Assembly (NCBI GenBank): GCA_963780745.1
Contig: CAWACT010000003.1
Location: 528,326-592,325 of the forward strand
Origin: an uncultured Actinomycetes bacterium
GTDB taxonomy: Bacteria > Actinomycetota > Acidimicrobiia > Spongiisociales > DATADW01
Direction of reading: 5' to 3'
Length of the DNA: 64,000 nucleotides
Shown here: positions 38,261 through 49,245 of the stretch, piece after piece
How positions within the stretch are numbered: position 1 is the stretch's first letter
How the letters are laid out: the number at the start of each line of letters is the position of its first letter
Made by a program: the position numbers and the translations under genes
The notes under the pieces: generated by a model
Told to the model about the DNA's origin: nothing
Databases searched by the model: none
The model's input: only the letters and a program-made list of their open reading frames with translations

Positions 38261-39297
38261 CTAGGCGGCGCCCTTGCTCCACCAGATAGCACGCCACGTA
38301 ATGCCCATTCCCCTTGTCTTCGAGTGGGGGGTGGTCGTTCTGCCGGCAGATCTCGGCCGCCCAGGGGCAGCGTTCGATGAAGCGGCACACCGGCGGCGGG
38401 TTGATCGCCTTGGAGATGCCTCCCTTGATCTCCACCGGGGTGCGTGTATACGAGGGGTCGGGGACCGGTACCGCCGAGAGCAGAGCCTTGGTGTACGGGT
38501 GGAGCGGGTTGGCAAGCAGCTCCTCGGTGCTCGCCAGCTCGACGATCTTCCCCAGGTACATCACCGCGATCCGGTCGCACATGTACCTGGCGACGGCGAG
38601 GTCATGGGTGATGTAGAGGTAGGAGACGTCGAACTCGCTGCCGAGCTTGAGCATCAGGTCCATGATCGAGATGCGGATGCTCACGTCCAGCATCGACGTC
38701 GGCTCGTCCGCCACCACGAAGGAGGGGTCGAGCACCAGCGCCCTGGCGATGGCCACCCGCTGGCGCTGGCCTCCGGAGAGCTCGTGCGGGTAGCGGAACA
38801 TGAAGGTCGCCGGCGGGGTGAGCCCCACCAGTTGGAGCAGCTCCATGACCCGCTCTTCCCGCTCGGGAGTGGTTCCGACGCCCTGCACCGCCAGCGGCTC
38901 GGAAACGGTGTCGAAGATGGTGCGGCGCGGGTTCATCGACTCGTATGGGTCCTGGAAGATCATCTGGACCCTGCGACGAAAGGCCTTCATGTCCTCGCGC
39001 TTGATGTGGGCGACGTCGATGGCCTCGCTGCCCTCGCCCAGCAGGATCCGGCCGCCGGTCGCCTCCATCAGCTTGACCAGCATCCTCCCGGTGGTGGTCT
39101 TGCCGCACCCCGACTCCCCCACCAGCCCGAGGCTCTCCCCGAGGGCGATGTCGAAGCTGACCCCGTCGACGGCGTGGACGAAATCGGTGGCGGCACGGAA
39201 CAGCCCCCGGGAGATGGGGAACTTCCTCTCCAGGTTCTCCACCTGGAGGAGCGGCGGGTTCACCGGGGTGAGCGGCGGAGTGGTGTCTCTGGGGCGG

Positions 39298-39301
<4 letters not shown>
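38261..39301 (-). CDS. oligopeptide/dipeptide ABC transporter ATP-binding protein (OppF-like); frameshift in the G4/C4 run at 39291-39294 and probably one near the 3' end
   Basis: Walker [30 protein letters not shown], and a C-terminal oligopeptide-type extension ([33 protein letters not shown]). The ATG at 39301 overlaps the OppD stop (ATGA). The 3' end is approximate. Confidence 0.75.
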
Positions 39302-40339
<1,038 letters not shown>

Positions 40340-40361
40340 CGAGGTCCTTTCGCCCTATCAG

Positions 40362-41423
40362 TCACCTGGCGCGGAGCCTGGGGTTGACCACCTCGTCCAT
40401 GCCCGCCCCACCAGGAAGAAGGCGAAAGCCAGCAGGGTCACCGCCAACCCGGCGGGGAGCAGCAGCCACCAGTAGTCGGTGCCACCGAGCAGATAGCCCT
40501 GGTTGGCCGCGGTGTTGATCATGATCCCCCAGCTCATCGGGACGTTGAGCAGCCCGAAGAAGGAGAGGGTCGCCTCGAGCGAGATCGCCTCGGTCACTCC
40601 GAACATCATGTAGAGGAAGCTGAGTGGGAGGACGTTGGGGACGATGTGGCGGAAGATGACGTGCCAGTCACCGCCACCCGCCACCCGTGCCGCGTCGATG
40701 AACGGCTTGACCCTCACCGATAGCGCCTGCGACTTGAGCACGATGGCGACGCCTCCGAACCCGGACAGGATCCCGATCAGCAATCCGAGAAGCGGCAGGC
40801 TGATCGTCGAAGAGGGCGCCAACCACGATCAGCAGCGGGATCAGCGGGATGGCCAGGATGAAGTCGGCGAGCCTCATCAGCGAGCTGTCGATCCAGCCCC
40901 CGAAGTGGGCGGCGACCGAACCGACGGTGGTGGCGATGATCACCGTGACCAAGGCGGCGACCGACCCGAGGAAGAATGCGGCCCTGGCGCCGTACATCAG
41001 CTGGGAGAGAATGTCGCGGCCCAGCGGGTCGGTCCCGAGGAAGTGGGGGTACTCACCGGTGAATGTGGGTGGCGCCGGCTGGGTCGGGATCCTCGATCAC
41101 CTCGCCGACCTCGACAAAAGGCGTGGTCTCCAGCCGGGCGGTGTTCAGGTCGATCTCCGTGGCCGGGTCGGTGACCTCCTCGACCACCGTGAACTCGGTG
41201 ACCACCGCGTCGTACCCGGTCTGGGGGTCGTAGATCCGCGGGTCCCAAACGGTTGCGATAAGGATGGGTTGCAGAATCGCCATCAGAGCGAAGACGGCGA
41301 TGATCGGCTCAACCCGACGAAGCCGATCTTGTTCTCGGCGAACAGCGCCCAGTTGCGCGAGAGGGTCCGCCGCATGAGCCGGAGACGGACCCTCCACAGT
41401 CGGGATAGCAGTGACCGGGGCAT
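40362..41423 (-). pseudogene. Opp/Dpp C-type ABC permease with several frame changes
   Basis: MPRSLLSRLWRVRLRLMRRTLSRNWALFAENKIGFVGLS / IIAVFALMAILQPILIA / LGTDPLGRDILSQLMYGARAAFFLG.. / FIDAARVAGGGDWHVIFRHIVPNVLP / GMDEVVNPRLRAR-stop, spread over at least four ORF-track pieces. Confidence 0.65.
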
Positions 41424-41527
41424 CGGCGGCGATGACGTCGGGCTCGACGTCGCCGAGTGGGAATCTCCTCTACCGGTCGGCCGCGGCGGCCGGGTCCTCC
41501 TTGGCCAGGTCGGTCACGGCCACCTCC

Positions 41528-42684
41528 TCATGCGACGCGGATCCTCGGGTCGAGCAGCATGTAGAGAATGTCGGCGACCAGATGCCCGACCAGGGCCAGC
41601 AGCCCAACGATGCTGAGGGCGCCATTGCTAGCGGGATGTCCTCGCGGAGCGATGACTCGAGAAGGAGGCTCCCAATCCCCGGCCAGGAGAAGATGTACTC
41701 GGTGACAATCCCGCCCCCGATCACGAAGGCGAGTGCGAGAACCAGCGACGTGGTCACCGGCAATAGTGCGTTTCGGGCGGCATGACGGTCACGGATTGCC
41801 GACTCGGACAGCCCCTTCGCCCGAGCGGTCAGTATGTAGTCCTCCCGCAGCGTCTCCAGCATCGAGCTCCTGGTGAGCAGCATGGTCCCCGCAAAGGTGA
41901 CGGCGGCCAGGGTGATCACCGGCAGAACCGTGTGATAGGCGATGTCTCGGGCGTATGTGGCCATGGGGGAGGTGAACCAGAAGAGGGCAAAACCGGCCAG
42001 TATCACAAAAAACCCGATCCGGCGGATGACTTTCTGACGGGCTGGATCCGGATTGATCTTGGTAGCCAGCCACGCAACCAATCCGTAGAGGACGCTGGCG
42101 ACCACCACCGAGAGGATCATGACGGTAAAGACGTTGTTGGCTTGGTATGGGGCGCCAGTCCACAAATCGGTTGTGATGAACCGGCCTATGGGGAACCATC
42201 CAAGGATGTATCCGAACAGCCACAGCATCATGATGGCGAACCACGGATAGAAAACCGTATAGAGAAACACCCCGCCCATTGTGATGGCAGTCTCGGTGCG
42301 TCGGCCGCGCCGCCAGGCCACGACCTTCCCCAGGGTGAAGCCGAGCATGTAGGCGACGATGACGGCGGTGAGAAAGAGGACGATGGTCCGGGGCAACGCC
42401 GCCCAGAGGAGATCTGAGACCTGTTGGGGGTATCGGGTGAAGCTGATACCGAGGTCACCCTGGAAGAAGTTGCCCAGATAGAACAGATATTGCTGCCAGA
42501 CGGGCTTGTCCAGTCCCAACCGGGCCGAAATCTCCGCCCGCACTTCGGGCGGGATGTCGGGGTTCCCGATGAACTGGGTGGACACATCGCCCGGCTGTGC
42601 TTGCAGAAGGAAAAAGATGGCAGTGAGGATCGCCAAGAAGATCAGCACGATTTGGATCAGTCGGCGGCCGACGAACTTCAGCAT
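41528..42684 (-). CDS. Opp/Dpp B-type ABC permease; frameshift near 41630
   Basis: MLKFVGRRLIQIVLIFLAILTAIFFLL...DYILTARAKGLSESAIRDRHAARNALLPV. The canonical tail GALSIVGLLALVGHLVADILYMLLDPRIRVA-stop is in the adjacent frame. Confidence 0.8.
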
Positions 42685-42786
42685 GGCGCCCTTGGCGATC
42701 CTTTCGCCAGACGGACCGGGATTCGGTCAGCGTAGTCGTGGGGCGCTTCCTCTGCCGACCCGAGCGCCCCCGAGATGGTGGGCGGA

Positions 42787-42808
42787 GGGGGGGCGTTGAC
42801 GCCCCCCC
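42787..42808 (-). terminator. perfect GC stem-loop GGGGGGGCG-TTGA-CGCCCCCCC between the binding-protein gene and the permease genes
   Basis: Read directly; 9-bp stem, no U-tract. The position is typical of intra-operon attenuating or stabilising hairpins after SBP genes. Confidence 0.45.
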
Positions 42809-42824
42809 AAACCAACCCGTGTCG

Positions 42825-44852
42825 TTACTGGGCGGCGGTCCGGACTGTGCCTTGCAGTCCGTTGAGGTTCTGTATACCGCTCAGTGTCGTGGTGAAGGGG
42901 TACAGCACCCGGTTGTTGTAGAACTCGAGGATCCCGGTGTCGAAGAGGATGATGTACGGCTTCTTCTCGGCGATGATTTGCTCCATCTCCCAGATGATGT
43001 CGTACGCCTCTTCTTCCGTCTGAGCAATCTTGAGCTCATCAACCAGGGCGTCGACGTCGGGATCGCTGAACCCGGTGTTGTTCTGCCCTCCGTTGGGAAC
43101 CGTCAGGCTGCTGGTGGCGAAGAACGATTCGTGGAACGTCGGCAACGCCGGGTTCCCGAGGCTCCACCCCAGGATGAACATGTCGTAGGTGAGCTGACCC
43201 TCATCGTCGACAGTTTCGTATACCTGCTCGATGATGGAGTTGAACTCCGTCGGCTGGTTGTCGATCGGGATACCCAGTTGAGTGGCGACGCTCTCGATGT
43301 AGTTGCCGTAGTTGGCCCGCAGTGGGTCATACGACGGTGTCGGCGAGATCAGCTCCAATGGGCGGACCGGGTTCCCGTTCGGGCTGGTCAACCCGACGCC
43401 GGGGGTGACAGCGAGGGTCTCGGGCTCTACCGAAGGCTCGGTCTCCCATGTGTAGCCAGCGTCCTTGAGGATCTGCACCGCCTCGTTGAGACGCTCGTCC
43501 GGGGTCTTGCCCTCATACTGCGAGGCAAGCTCGCCGGCGACCTCCTCGTTGTACCACTTGGTGTTCCCCTCGGGGACCTGCACATACAGCGGGAATGCCA
43601 CACCCTGTAGGACGCTTTCCGCCGCGTACTCCTTGTCGATCATCATGGCCAGCGCGTCGCGGAACGCCTGGTCGCTCATCGGCGGCTTGGTCAGGTTGAA
43701 GGCGAGGTACCGGTAGCCGTTCGTCGGGTTGATGACGGCGGCCAGTTCCTCGTTGTTCTCGACCTGCTCCTGGAGACCGCGCTGCATGCCGAGCGGATTT
43801 AGGAGATAGTCCACCTCACCATCGGCCAGTGCGAGCACGGCGGCGTCCTGGCTGCCATAGAACTGCAGCGTCGAGTCCGAAAGGTACGGGCCCTCGGTGT
43901 AGGTGGCATCACCGCTGGTGATTTCTTCACCCGCCCCGACGTAGGTCTCGTTGGCCACGTTGCGGGCGAAGGCGCCCTCCTGACGGGTGTCGTAGACGAC
44001 CGGACCGGAGGCCGGGTCGCCGGCGCCCGAGGCGGCCTCGAGCGTCGCCAACGGGTCGTCGCTGGCCGCGGCTTCGTCCACCACATCCTGCCAGTGGTGC
44101 TGCGCCATGATCGGCATGTTGGCCGGGCCGTTGCCCAGACCCCACACCGATAGGCCGGGTTGCTGGTTCCAGGTGAACCTGAGGGTGTGGTCGTCTACGG
44201 CCTCAACCTCGGTTACTCCAATCTGTGCCGACTCGTCGGTCTCGGTCTCGGGGTTGTCCTCTTGAGCCGCCCGGACATACTCGATCCAGCCGGCGCCCAA
44301 CGCGAAGTCGCGGGCAGTGGTCCAGGTGAATACGTAGTCTTCGGCGGTGATGGGTTCACCGTCGCTCCAAGTGGCGTCTTCCCTCATCGGGACCTCGACT
44401 ACCCAGGCGTCACCCTCCTGTGTCACCGGGGGGACCTCGTCGACGGCTGCTAGGTCGGGAATGATCTCGAGGCCGGGGAGCGCGATCCCGAACAGCCCGA
44501 CATGGGTGTCCTCGAGCAGGTAGGAGTTCCACACGGTGGTGCCGCCGAGGTCGAGCAGGTTCCAATAGTTGTCGGTTGTGACGTCGGCGAAGATCCCCAT
44601 CGTGTAGGAGAAACCCTCAGCCGACGGCGCTGCGGTGGTGTCCGTGCCGCCTGCCGCGGTGGTATCCGCGGCACCGGCGGTGGTTTCAGTCCCACCCGCA
44701 GCGGTGGTGTCAGTGCCGCCCGCGGCCGTCGTGGCGGCGCCGCCATCGGTGGTCGTGTCGGTAGTGCCACCTTGGCAGGCGGCAGCCACCAGCGCGAGCA
44801 CCGCGACTAGCGCCAACCAGCGCCAGGACGCGAGCTTTTCACGCATTCTCAT
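42825..44852 (-). CDS. ABC transporter substrate-binding lipoprotein, family 5 (peptide/nickel type)
   Basis: Intact ORF. Signal/lipobox WRWLALVAVLALVAAACQGG, then a Thr/Ala/Gly-rich linker (TDTTAAGG repeats) and a long SBP_bac_5-like body. Confidence 0.85.
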   Translation of the reverse strand: MRMREKLASWRWLALVAVLALVAAACQGGTTDTTTDGGAATTAAGGTDTTAAGGTETTAGAADTTAAGGTDTTAAPSAEGFSYTMGIFADVTTDNYWNLLDLGGTTVWNSYLLEDTHVGLFGIALPGLEIIPDLAAVDEVPPVTQEGDAWVVEVPMREDATWSDGEPITAEDYVFTWTTARDFALGAGWIEYVRAAQEDNPETETDESAQIGVTEVEAVDDHTLRFTWNQQPGLSVWGLGNGPANMPIMAQHHWQDVVDEAAASDDPLATLEAASGAGDPASGPVVYDTRQEGAFARNVANETYVGAGEEITSGDATYTEGPYLSDSTLQFYGSQDAAVLALADGEVDYLLNPLGMQRGLQEQVENNEELAAVINPTNGYRYLAFNLTKPPMSDQAFRDALAMMIDKEYAAESVLQGVAFPLYVQVPEGNTKWYNEEVAGELASQYEGKTPDERLNEAVQILKDAGYTWETEPSVEPETLAVTPGVGLTSPNGNPVRPLELISPTPSYDPLRANYGNYIESVATQLGIPIDNQPTEFNSIIEQVYETVDDEGQLTYDMFILGWSLGNPALPTFHESFFATSSLTVPNGGQNNTGFSDPDVDALVDELKIAQTEEEAYDIIWEMEQIIAEKKPYIILFDTGILEFYNNRVLYPFTTTLSGIQNLNGLQGTVRTAAQ

Positions 44853-44981
44853 CAGTCGAATCCTCCAATCGGTCCCACTTCCCATCCACTCTCCAAAACC
44901 CAGGTGGTCCGCGCCACCCAGGCGAGTATCTCCGACTTTACCGGAGCGGGCGTCGCTTGTGCAACGCGAAGCGGACTGTTG

Positions 44982-45055
44982 TCGGGCCGGCCGGATTTGA
45001 ACCGGCGACCCCCAGTCCCCCAGACTGGTGCGCTACCAAGCTGCGCCACGGCCCG
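44982..45055 (-). tRNA. tRNA-Pro (anticodon GGG)
   Basis: Hand-folded cloverleaf: acceptor CGGGCCG/CGGCCCG, D-arm GCGC-AGCTTGGTA-GCGC, anticodon arm CCAGT-CTGGGGG-ACTGG, T-arm GCCGG-TTCAAAT-CCGGC, discriminator A. CCA is not encoded. Confidence 0.9.
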
Positions 45056-45100
45056 CCGCGGCAATCGTAGACACGTGTCGGCCAGACCTCACCCCAGACG

Positions 45101-45259
45101 TCACCCCGCCAGCCAGTTGACCACCGCCTGGATGCCCTGGATCAACCGCCATCCCAGGTAGACGACCGCGGCCACAATGAGCAGCCAGAGGTGCCACGGC
45201 ATCCTGCCGTCATCCTCGGGCGGTCGCTGGTCGGGCTCGAGCGGGCTCCTAGGCGCCAT
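45101..45259 (-). CDS. small hypothetical membrane protein (52 aa)
   Basis: The ATG at 45259 overlaps the der stop. There is a single TM, WHLWLLIVAAVVYLGWRLI. No family recognised. Confidence 0.35.
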   Translation of the reverse strand: MAPRSPLEPDQRPPEDDGRMPWHLWLLIVAAVVYLGWRLIQGIQAVVNWLAG

Positions 45260-46592
45260 AGCGACCGTCCTCCCGCCTGGCGCTCCCAACCCTCCTCCGC
45301 CCCACCACCCGCACCGGCGTACCGGTGAGGTCGATCTCCCTGCGCAACCGGTTCTCCAGGAATCGGAGATAGTCGGTGGGGAGCTCGCCGCCCGAGACGA
45401 AGAGAAGCACCGTCGGTGGGCGGACCCCGGCCTGCGTGGCGTAGAGGATCTTTGCCCTTCTCCCCCGCCGCATCGGCGGAGGGTGCTCCTCCTGCCACGA
45501 CCGGACCATCCGATTGAGCGGGCCCGTCGGCACCCTGGTCTCCCGGTTGACCCGGGCCGTTTCCACGGCGGCGGGAAGACGGCGGAGCCGTGCCCCCGTT
45601 CGCGCCGAGCCGCGTAACAGCGGCGCCCACGAGACGAAGCCGAGCCGCTGCCCGACCCCTCTCTCGGTCAACTCTCGCTGCTCGGTGTCCGCCGCGTCCC
45701 ACTTGTTGAGGAGCACCACCAAACCAGCGCCGGCCTCCACCACCTCCTCGGCAACTCTCTGGTCCTGGGAGGTCACCCCTTCGACCGCATCGACGAGAAG
45801 CACGGCGACGTCCGATTCGGCCAGCGCCTTCCGTGCCCTGAGCACGGCGTAGTGGTCGGCGTCCTCTGCGATCCGTGCCTGGCGACGGATCCCTGCGGTG
45901 TCGACCACCCGGTACGAGACGCCGTCCAACTCGACGATGGCGTCGATCGGGTCTCTGGTCGTCCCCGGCGTGGGTGACACGAGAACCCGCTGCGTTCCGG
46001 TCAGCCGGTTGAGCAGGGTGGACTTCCCGACGTTGGGGCGTCCCACAATCGCCAGCGAAGGGGTTCCGTCCACCTCGACCGTTCCCGGTCCATCAGGAAG
46101 CGTCGCCACCAGGGCATCGAGCAGTTCGCCCGCCCCCCGCCCGTGGAGGGCGCTCACCGGGTAGGGCTGGCCAACCCCGAGGCTCCATAGGTGATGGACG
46201 TCGGCCTCCCTCGCCGCGTCGTCCACCTTGTTGGCCACCAATAGGATCGGGGTGCCGGAATCGTGCAAGAGCCGGGCGACCCCGGCATCGTCAGGGGAGA
46301 TCCCGGTGGTGGCATCTACCACAAAGAGAACGGCGTCCGCTGCTCGTACCGCAGCCTCCGCCTGCTCCCGGATCGCCGCCACCAGGTCCTCGCTCGGGTC
46401 GACCTCCCAACCACCGGTGTCCACCAGCAGAAAGCCGTGACCGGTCCAATCGGCGGCGAATTCCCGGCGATCGCGGGTGACGCCCGGCAACTCCTCGACC
46501 ACAGCAGAGCGCGACCCGATGATCCGATTGACCAGAGTCGACTTCCCCACGTTGGGCCGGCCGACCACCGCTACAACGGGCACCGAAGACAT
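45249..46592 (-). CDS. der: ribosome-associated GTPase Der (EngA)
   Basis: Two GTPase domains (GRPNVGKSTLVNR and GRPNVGKSTLLNR, DTGG/DTAG, NKVD/NKWD) plus a KH-like C-terminus. Start at ATG 46592 or GTG 46607. Confidence 0.9.
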   Translation of the reverse strand: MSSVPVVAVVGRPNVGKSTLVNRIIGSRSAVVEELPGVTRDRREFAADWTGHGFLLVDTGGWEVDPSEDLVAAIREQAEAAVRAADAVLFVVDATTGISPDDAGVARLLHDSGTPILLVANKVDDAAREADVHHLWSLGVGQPYPVSALHGRGAGELLDALVATLPDGPGTVEVDGTPSLAIVGRPNVGKSTLLNRLTGTQRVLVSPTPGTTRDPIDAIVELDGVSYRVVDTAGIRRQARIAEDADHYAVLRARKALAESDVAVLLVDAVEGVTSQDQRVAEEVVEAGAGLVVLLNKWDAADTEQRELTERGVGQRLGFVSWAPLLRGSARTGARLRRLPAAVETARVNRETRVPTGPLNRMVRSWQEEHPPPMRRGRRAKILYATQAGVRPPTVLLFVSGGELPTDYLRFLENRLRREIDLTGTPVRVVGRRRVGSARREDGRYGA

Positions 46593-46627
46593 GCGCACAG
46601 TCAACACAGCCGGGGGGCTTTCACACG

Positions 46628-46687
46628 AACCCGTTTTTGGCGCCAGGAAACGCGGTCATGGGACGCGGGGTGACGCCAAAACGGGTT
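46628..46687. other. long imperfect inverted repeat (AACCCGTTTTTGGCG ... CGCCAAAACGGGTT) in the der/ispH divergent region
   Basis: Read directly: 14-bp arms with one bulged T and a 31-nt spacer containing CGCG...CGCG. Confidence 0.6.
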
Positions 46688-46717
46688 TGGGCGCCGTTGT
46701 TCCTACCATTCGGGCGA

Positions 46718-47767
46718 ATGGTTGACCGTGTACTGCTAGCCGAGCCACGCGGGTTCTGCGCCGGTGTCGAAATGGCGATCAAGGCCCTCACCTGGATGGT
46801 GCGGGTCTTCGAGCCGCCCGTCTACTGCTTCCACCAGATCGTCCATAACCAGTGGGTGGTCGAGGCCTTCGAGCGGGCCGGTGTCGTCTTCGTCGACGAC
46901 ATCGACCAAGTGCCGAAGGGGGCGCCGGTGATGCTCTCGGCTCACGGGTCTGCCCCACAGGTGGTGGCGGGGGCCAAAGACCGGGCGGGGGTCGTGGTCG
47001 ATGCGGTGTGCCCGCTGGTCACCAAGGTGCACCACGAGGTGCGGCGGATGGCCGACCAGGGGTACGAGATCATCTACATCGGCCACGAGGGTCACGACGA
47101 GGCGGTGGGCACCATGGCTGAGGCGCCCAACGCCATGACGCTGGTCGACCCCGAGCGCGGCCTCGGCTCCTTCGATCCGGGCGACCCGTCGCGGGTGGCG
47201 CTGCTGGCGCAGACGACGCTCGGAGTCCACGAGTGGCGCTCGGTGATGGACCACGCCTCGGAGCGGTTCCCCGATCTCTGGACGGCCCGGCGCGGCGACC
47301 TTTGTTATGCCACCACCAACCGCCAAGAGGCGGTCCTCGAACTTGCGCAGCAGTGCGAACTCATCCTTGTTGTGGGCTCGGAGACATCTTCCAACACCCT
47401 GGCGCTGGTCAGGGTGGCGGATGAGCAGGGAGTGGCCGCCCGCCGCATCGACCACGCAGGACAGATCGAGGAATCCTGGCTCGACGGGGTTGGCACCGTG
47501 GGTGTTACCGCCGGCGCATCCGCGCCCGACCATCTCGTCGCCGAGGTCGTGGAGCGGGTTGACCCAAGCAAAGGGGTAGAGCTGCTCCACGTCACCGGAG
47601 AGGACGAGTACTTCCCGCTCCCACCTGCACTCCGATCGTTGATCTCGACAGTCCAGGCGCTGGTGGAGGCCGGGTACACGGCGCGCCGCCCCGGCGAAGC
47701 GGGCTTGTTGGAGAAAGACCGGACCTGGGGAGCTACAGAAGCCCTAGGGGTTGTGGGTAACAAGTAG
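46718..47767 (+). CDS. ispH: 4-hydroxy-3-methylbut-2-enyl diphosphate reductase
   Basis: LLAEPRGFCAGVEMAI, SAHGS, CPLVTKVH, IGHEGHDE, ICYATTNRQ, VVGSETSSNT. Start taken at ATG 46718. Confidence 0.9.
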   Translation: MVDRVLLAEPRGFCAGVEMAIKALTWMVRVFEPPVYCFHQIVHNQWVVEAFERAGVVFVDDIDQVPKGAPVMLSAHGSAPQVVAGAKDRAGVVVDAVCPLVTKVHHEVRRMADQGYEIIYIGHEGHDEAVGTMAEAPNAMTLVDPERGLGSFDPGDPSRVALLAQTTLGVHEWRSVMDHASERFPDLWTARRGDLCYATTNRQEAVLELAQQCELILVVGSETSSNTLALVRVADEQGVAARRIDHAGQIEESWLDGVGTVGVTAGASAPDHLVAEVVERVDPSKGVELLHVTGEDEYFPLPPALRSLISTVQALVEAGYTARRPGEAGLLEKDRTWGATEALGVVGNK

Positions 47768-47783
47768 TCAACTTGGGTTTCGG

Positions 47784-47818
47784 AACCCAGAACCCAAGAC
47801 CCAAAACCCACAACCCTT
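47784..47818. repeat. five degenerate heptads AACCCAG AACCCAA GACCCAA AACCCAC AACCCTT, preceded by a small hairpin (TTGGGTT-TCGG-AACCCAG, 47773-47790)
   Basis: Read directly. They lie in the 53-nt gap between the convergent stops at 47767 and 47821. Confidence 0.85.
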
Positions 47819-47820
47819 TC

Positions 47821-48507
47821 CTACTCCTCCCACACGGCAAGGTAAGCCGCGAACCGCCCGTCGATCGAAACCGGTTCGACCGGATCGCGTACCGCCTCGA
47901 TGGGCTCGCAGTCGATCCCGCCTTCGAGCGTCGCCAGAGCCACCACTGTCCGGGATACCCCGTCCACCGCCATGATCGTCGGCTCGATCTCGTTGACCTC
48001 CGTCTCCCGGGCGGTCACGGTGCACTCGCCCCGGCTGGCGATGAAGGTGGAGCGACCGAGCACGAACGTCGCCTCGGCGGGTCGCTGAAACTCCGGCTCA
48101 ACCTCGCGGCCTGCCCAGTTTCGAACCGTCATCAGCAACCTGTCGTCACCGGAGCGGAACTCCACCGATAGACCGCCGCCCTCGGGGGCATCCTTCATCT
48201 CGACGGTGTGGAGCACGAACTCCCCCTCCACGCCGCCGTGGGCGGTGAGCACCGCACCTGGGCTCTCGCCGAGCACGAAGGCGTCTGCTGTCGTCTCGGT
48301 CATGACGTGAGCGGTGGTTGCAGGTGCGGCGGAGACGGCGGTGGTCGGTGACGATGGCTCGAGGCCCGGTGCCGCGACTGGCGCCGGCTGCGGAGGGGCG
48401 AGGATCAATGCCCCCAGGCCAAGAACGCCGACGATGAGACCGATGAAGACGGCGCCGAGGATCACCAGGCCGCGCCGCCCCGGATCGAGCAGAGCACGGC
48501 CGGGCAT
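47821..48507 (-). CDS. hypothetical membrane-anchored protein (GECTV motif family)
   Basis: Intact ORF. N-terminal TM GLVILGAVFIGLIVGVLGLGALIL, a Pro/Ala/Thr linker, and a C-terminal domain with FIASRGECTVTA...GGIDCEPI. Confidence 0.55.
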   Translation of the reverse strand: MPGRALLDPGRRGLVILGAVFIGLIVGVLGLGALILAPPQPAPVAAPGLEPSSPTTAVSAAPATTAHVMTETTADAFVLGESPGAVLTAHGGVEGEFVLHTVEMKDAPEGGGLSVEFRSGDDRLLMTVRNWAGREVEPEFQRPAEATFVLGRSTFIASRGECTVTARETEVNEIEPTIMAVDGVSRTVVALATLEGGIDCEPIEAVRDPVEPVSIDGRFAAYLAVWEE

Positions 48508-48576
48508 GCTGGCGATGTTACCGCCGGTCGAGGTTCAGGGACGGTGCTGCCCGAGGCAATGGCTCCGCTGACAGTC

Positions 48577-49245
48577 TCATGTGGCCGGTTCCGCACCCGA
48601 CAACCGAACCATTTCCACTATCCGTTGGACCACTTGGGTGACGTCCATGTCGCTGGTGTCGATTTCGATGGCACTGGCGGCGGGCCGCAGGGGTGAGATC
48701 TCCCGGGTCGAGTCGAATCGATCGCGCCGCGCCAACTCGGCCGCCACGAGCGCCTCCTCTGCACCCTGGGGCTCTTCCGCTGAACGCCGGCGCGCTCTCA
48801 CGTCGGGCCGGGCGGTGAGGAAAACCTTGACCGGTGCGTTGGGGAACACCACGGTGCCGATGTCCCTCCCCTCGACCACCGCCGAACCGCCGTGGTCGGC
48901 AACCCAGGAACGCTGTCGATCCACCATGATCCGCCGGACCTCGGGGTTGGCCGACACCGTGCTAACTCCTGCCGTGACCCACTCGCCTCTTATCTCGTCG
49001 CTTACATCGTCTCCGTCGAGCACCGTCCTGCCGCTCTCGAACCGGATGTCGGCAGAGGCGAGCGCCGCCGCCAGGCCAGGTCCGTCCCCTGGGTCGATCC
49101 CACGCTCCAGGGCCAGCAGAGTCGCCGCCCGGTAGAAGGCACCCGTATCGAGGTGGGGAAGACCTAGTCGACGGCCGGTCTCGCGGCTCACCGTCGACTT
49201 TCCCGAGCCGCCCGGTCCGTCGATGGCGACGATCAAACGGTCCAC
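48577..49245 (-). CDS. cmk: cytidylate kinase
   Basis: IVAIDGPGGSGKSTVSRETGRRLGLPHLDTGAFYRA; VVEGRDIGTVVFP. The GTG at 49245 overlaps the aroA end. Confidence 0.9.
   Translation of the reverse strand: MDRLIVAIDGPGGSGKSTVSRETGRRLGLPHLDTGAFYRAATLLALERGIDPGDGPGLAAALASADIRFESGRTVLDGDDVSDEIRGEWVTAGVSTVSANPEVRRIMVDRQRSWVADHGGSAVVEGRDIGTVVFPNAPVKVFLTARPDVRARRRSAEEPQGAEEALVAAELARRDRFDSTREISPLRPAASAIEIDTSDMDVTQVVQRIVEMVRLSGAEPAT

Noticed and set aside
44632-44724. 24-nt imperfect tandem repeats inside the Opp-type binding-protein gene
   Set aside because: They encode an ordinary Thr/Ala/Gly-rich flexible linker (TDTTAAGG units) right after the lipobox. This is a common feature of actinobacterial lipoproteins and is not independently interesting.
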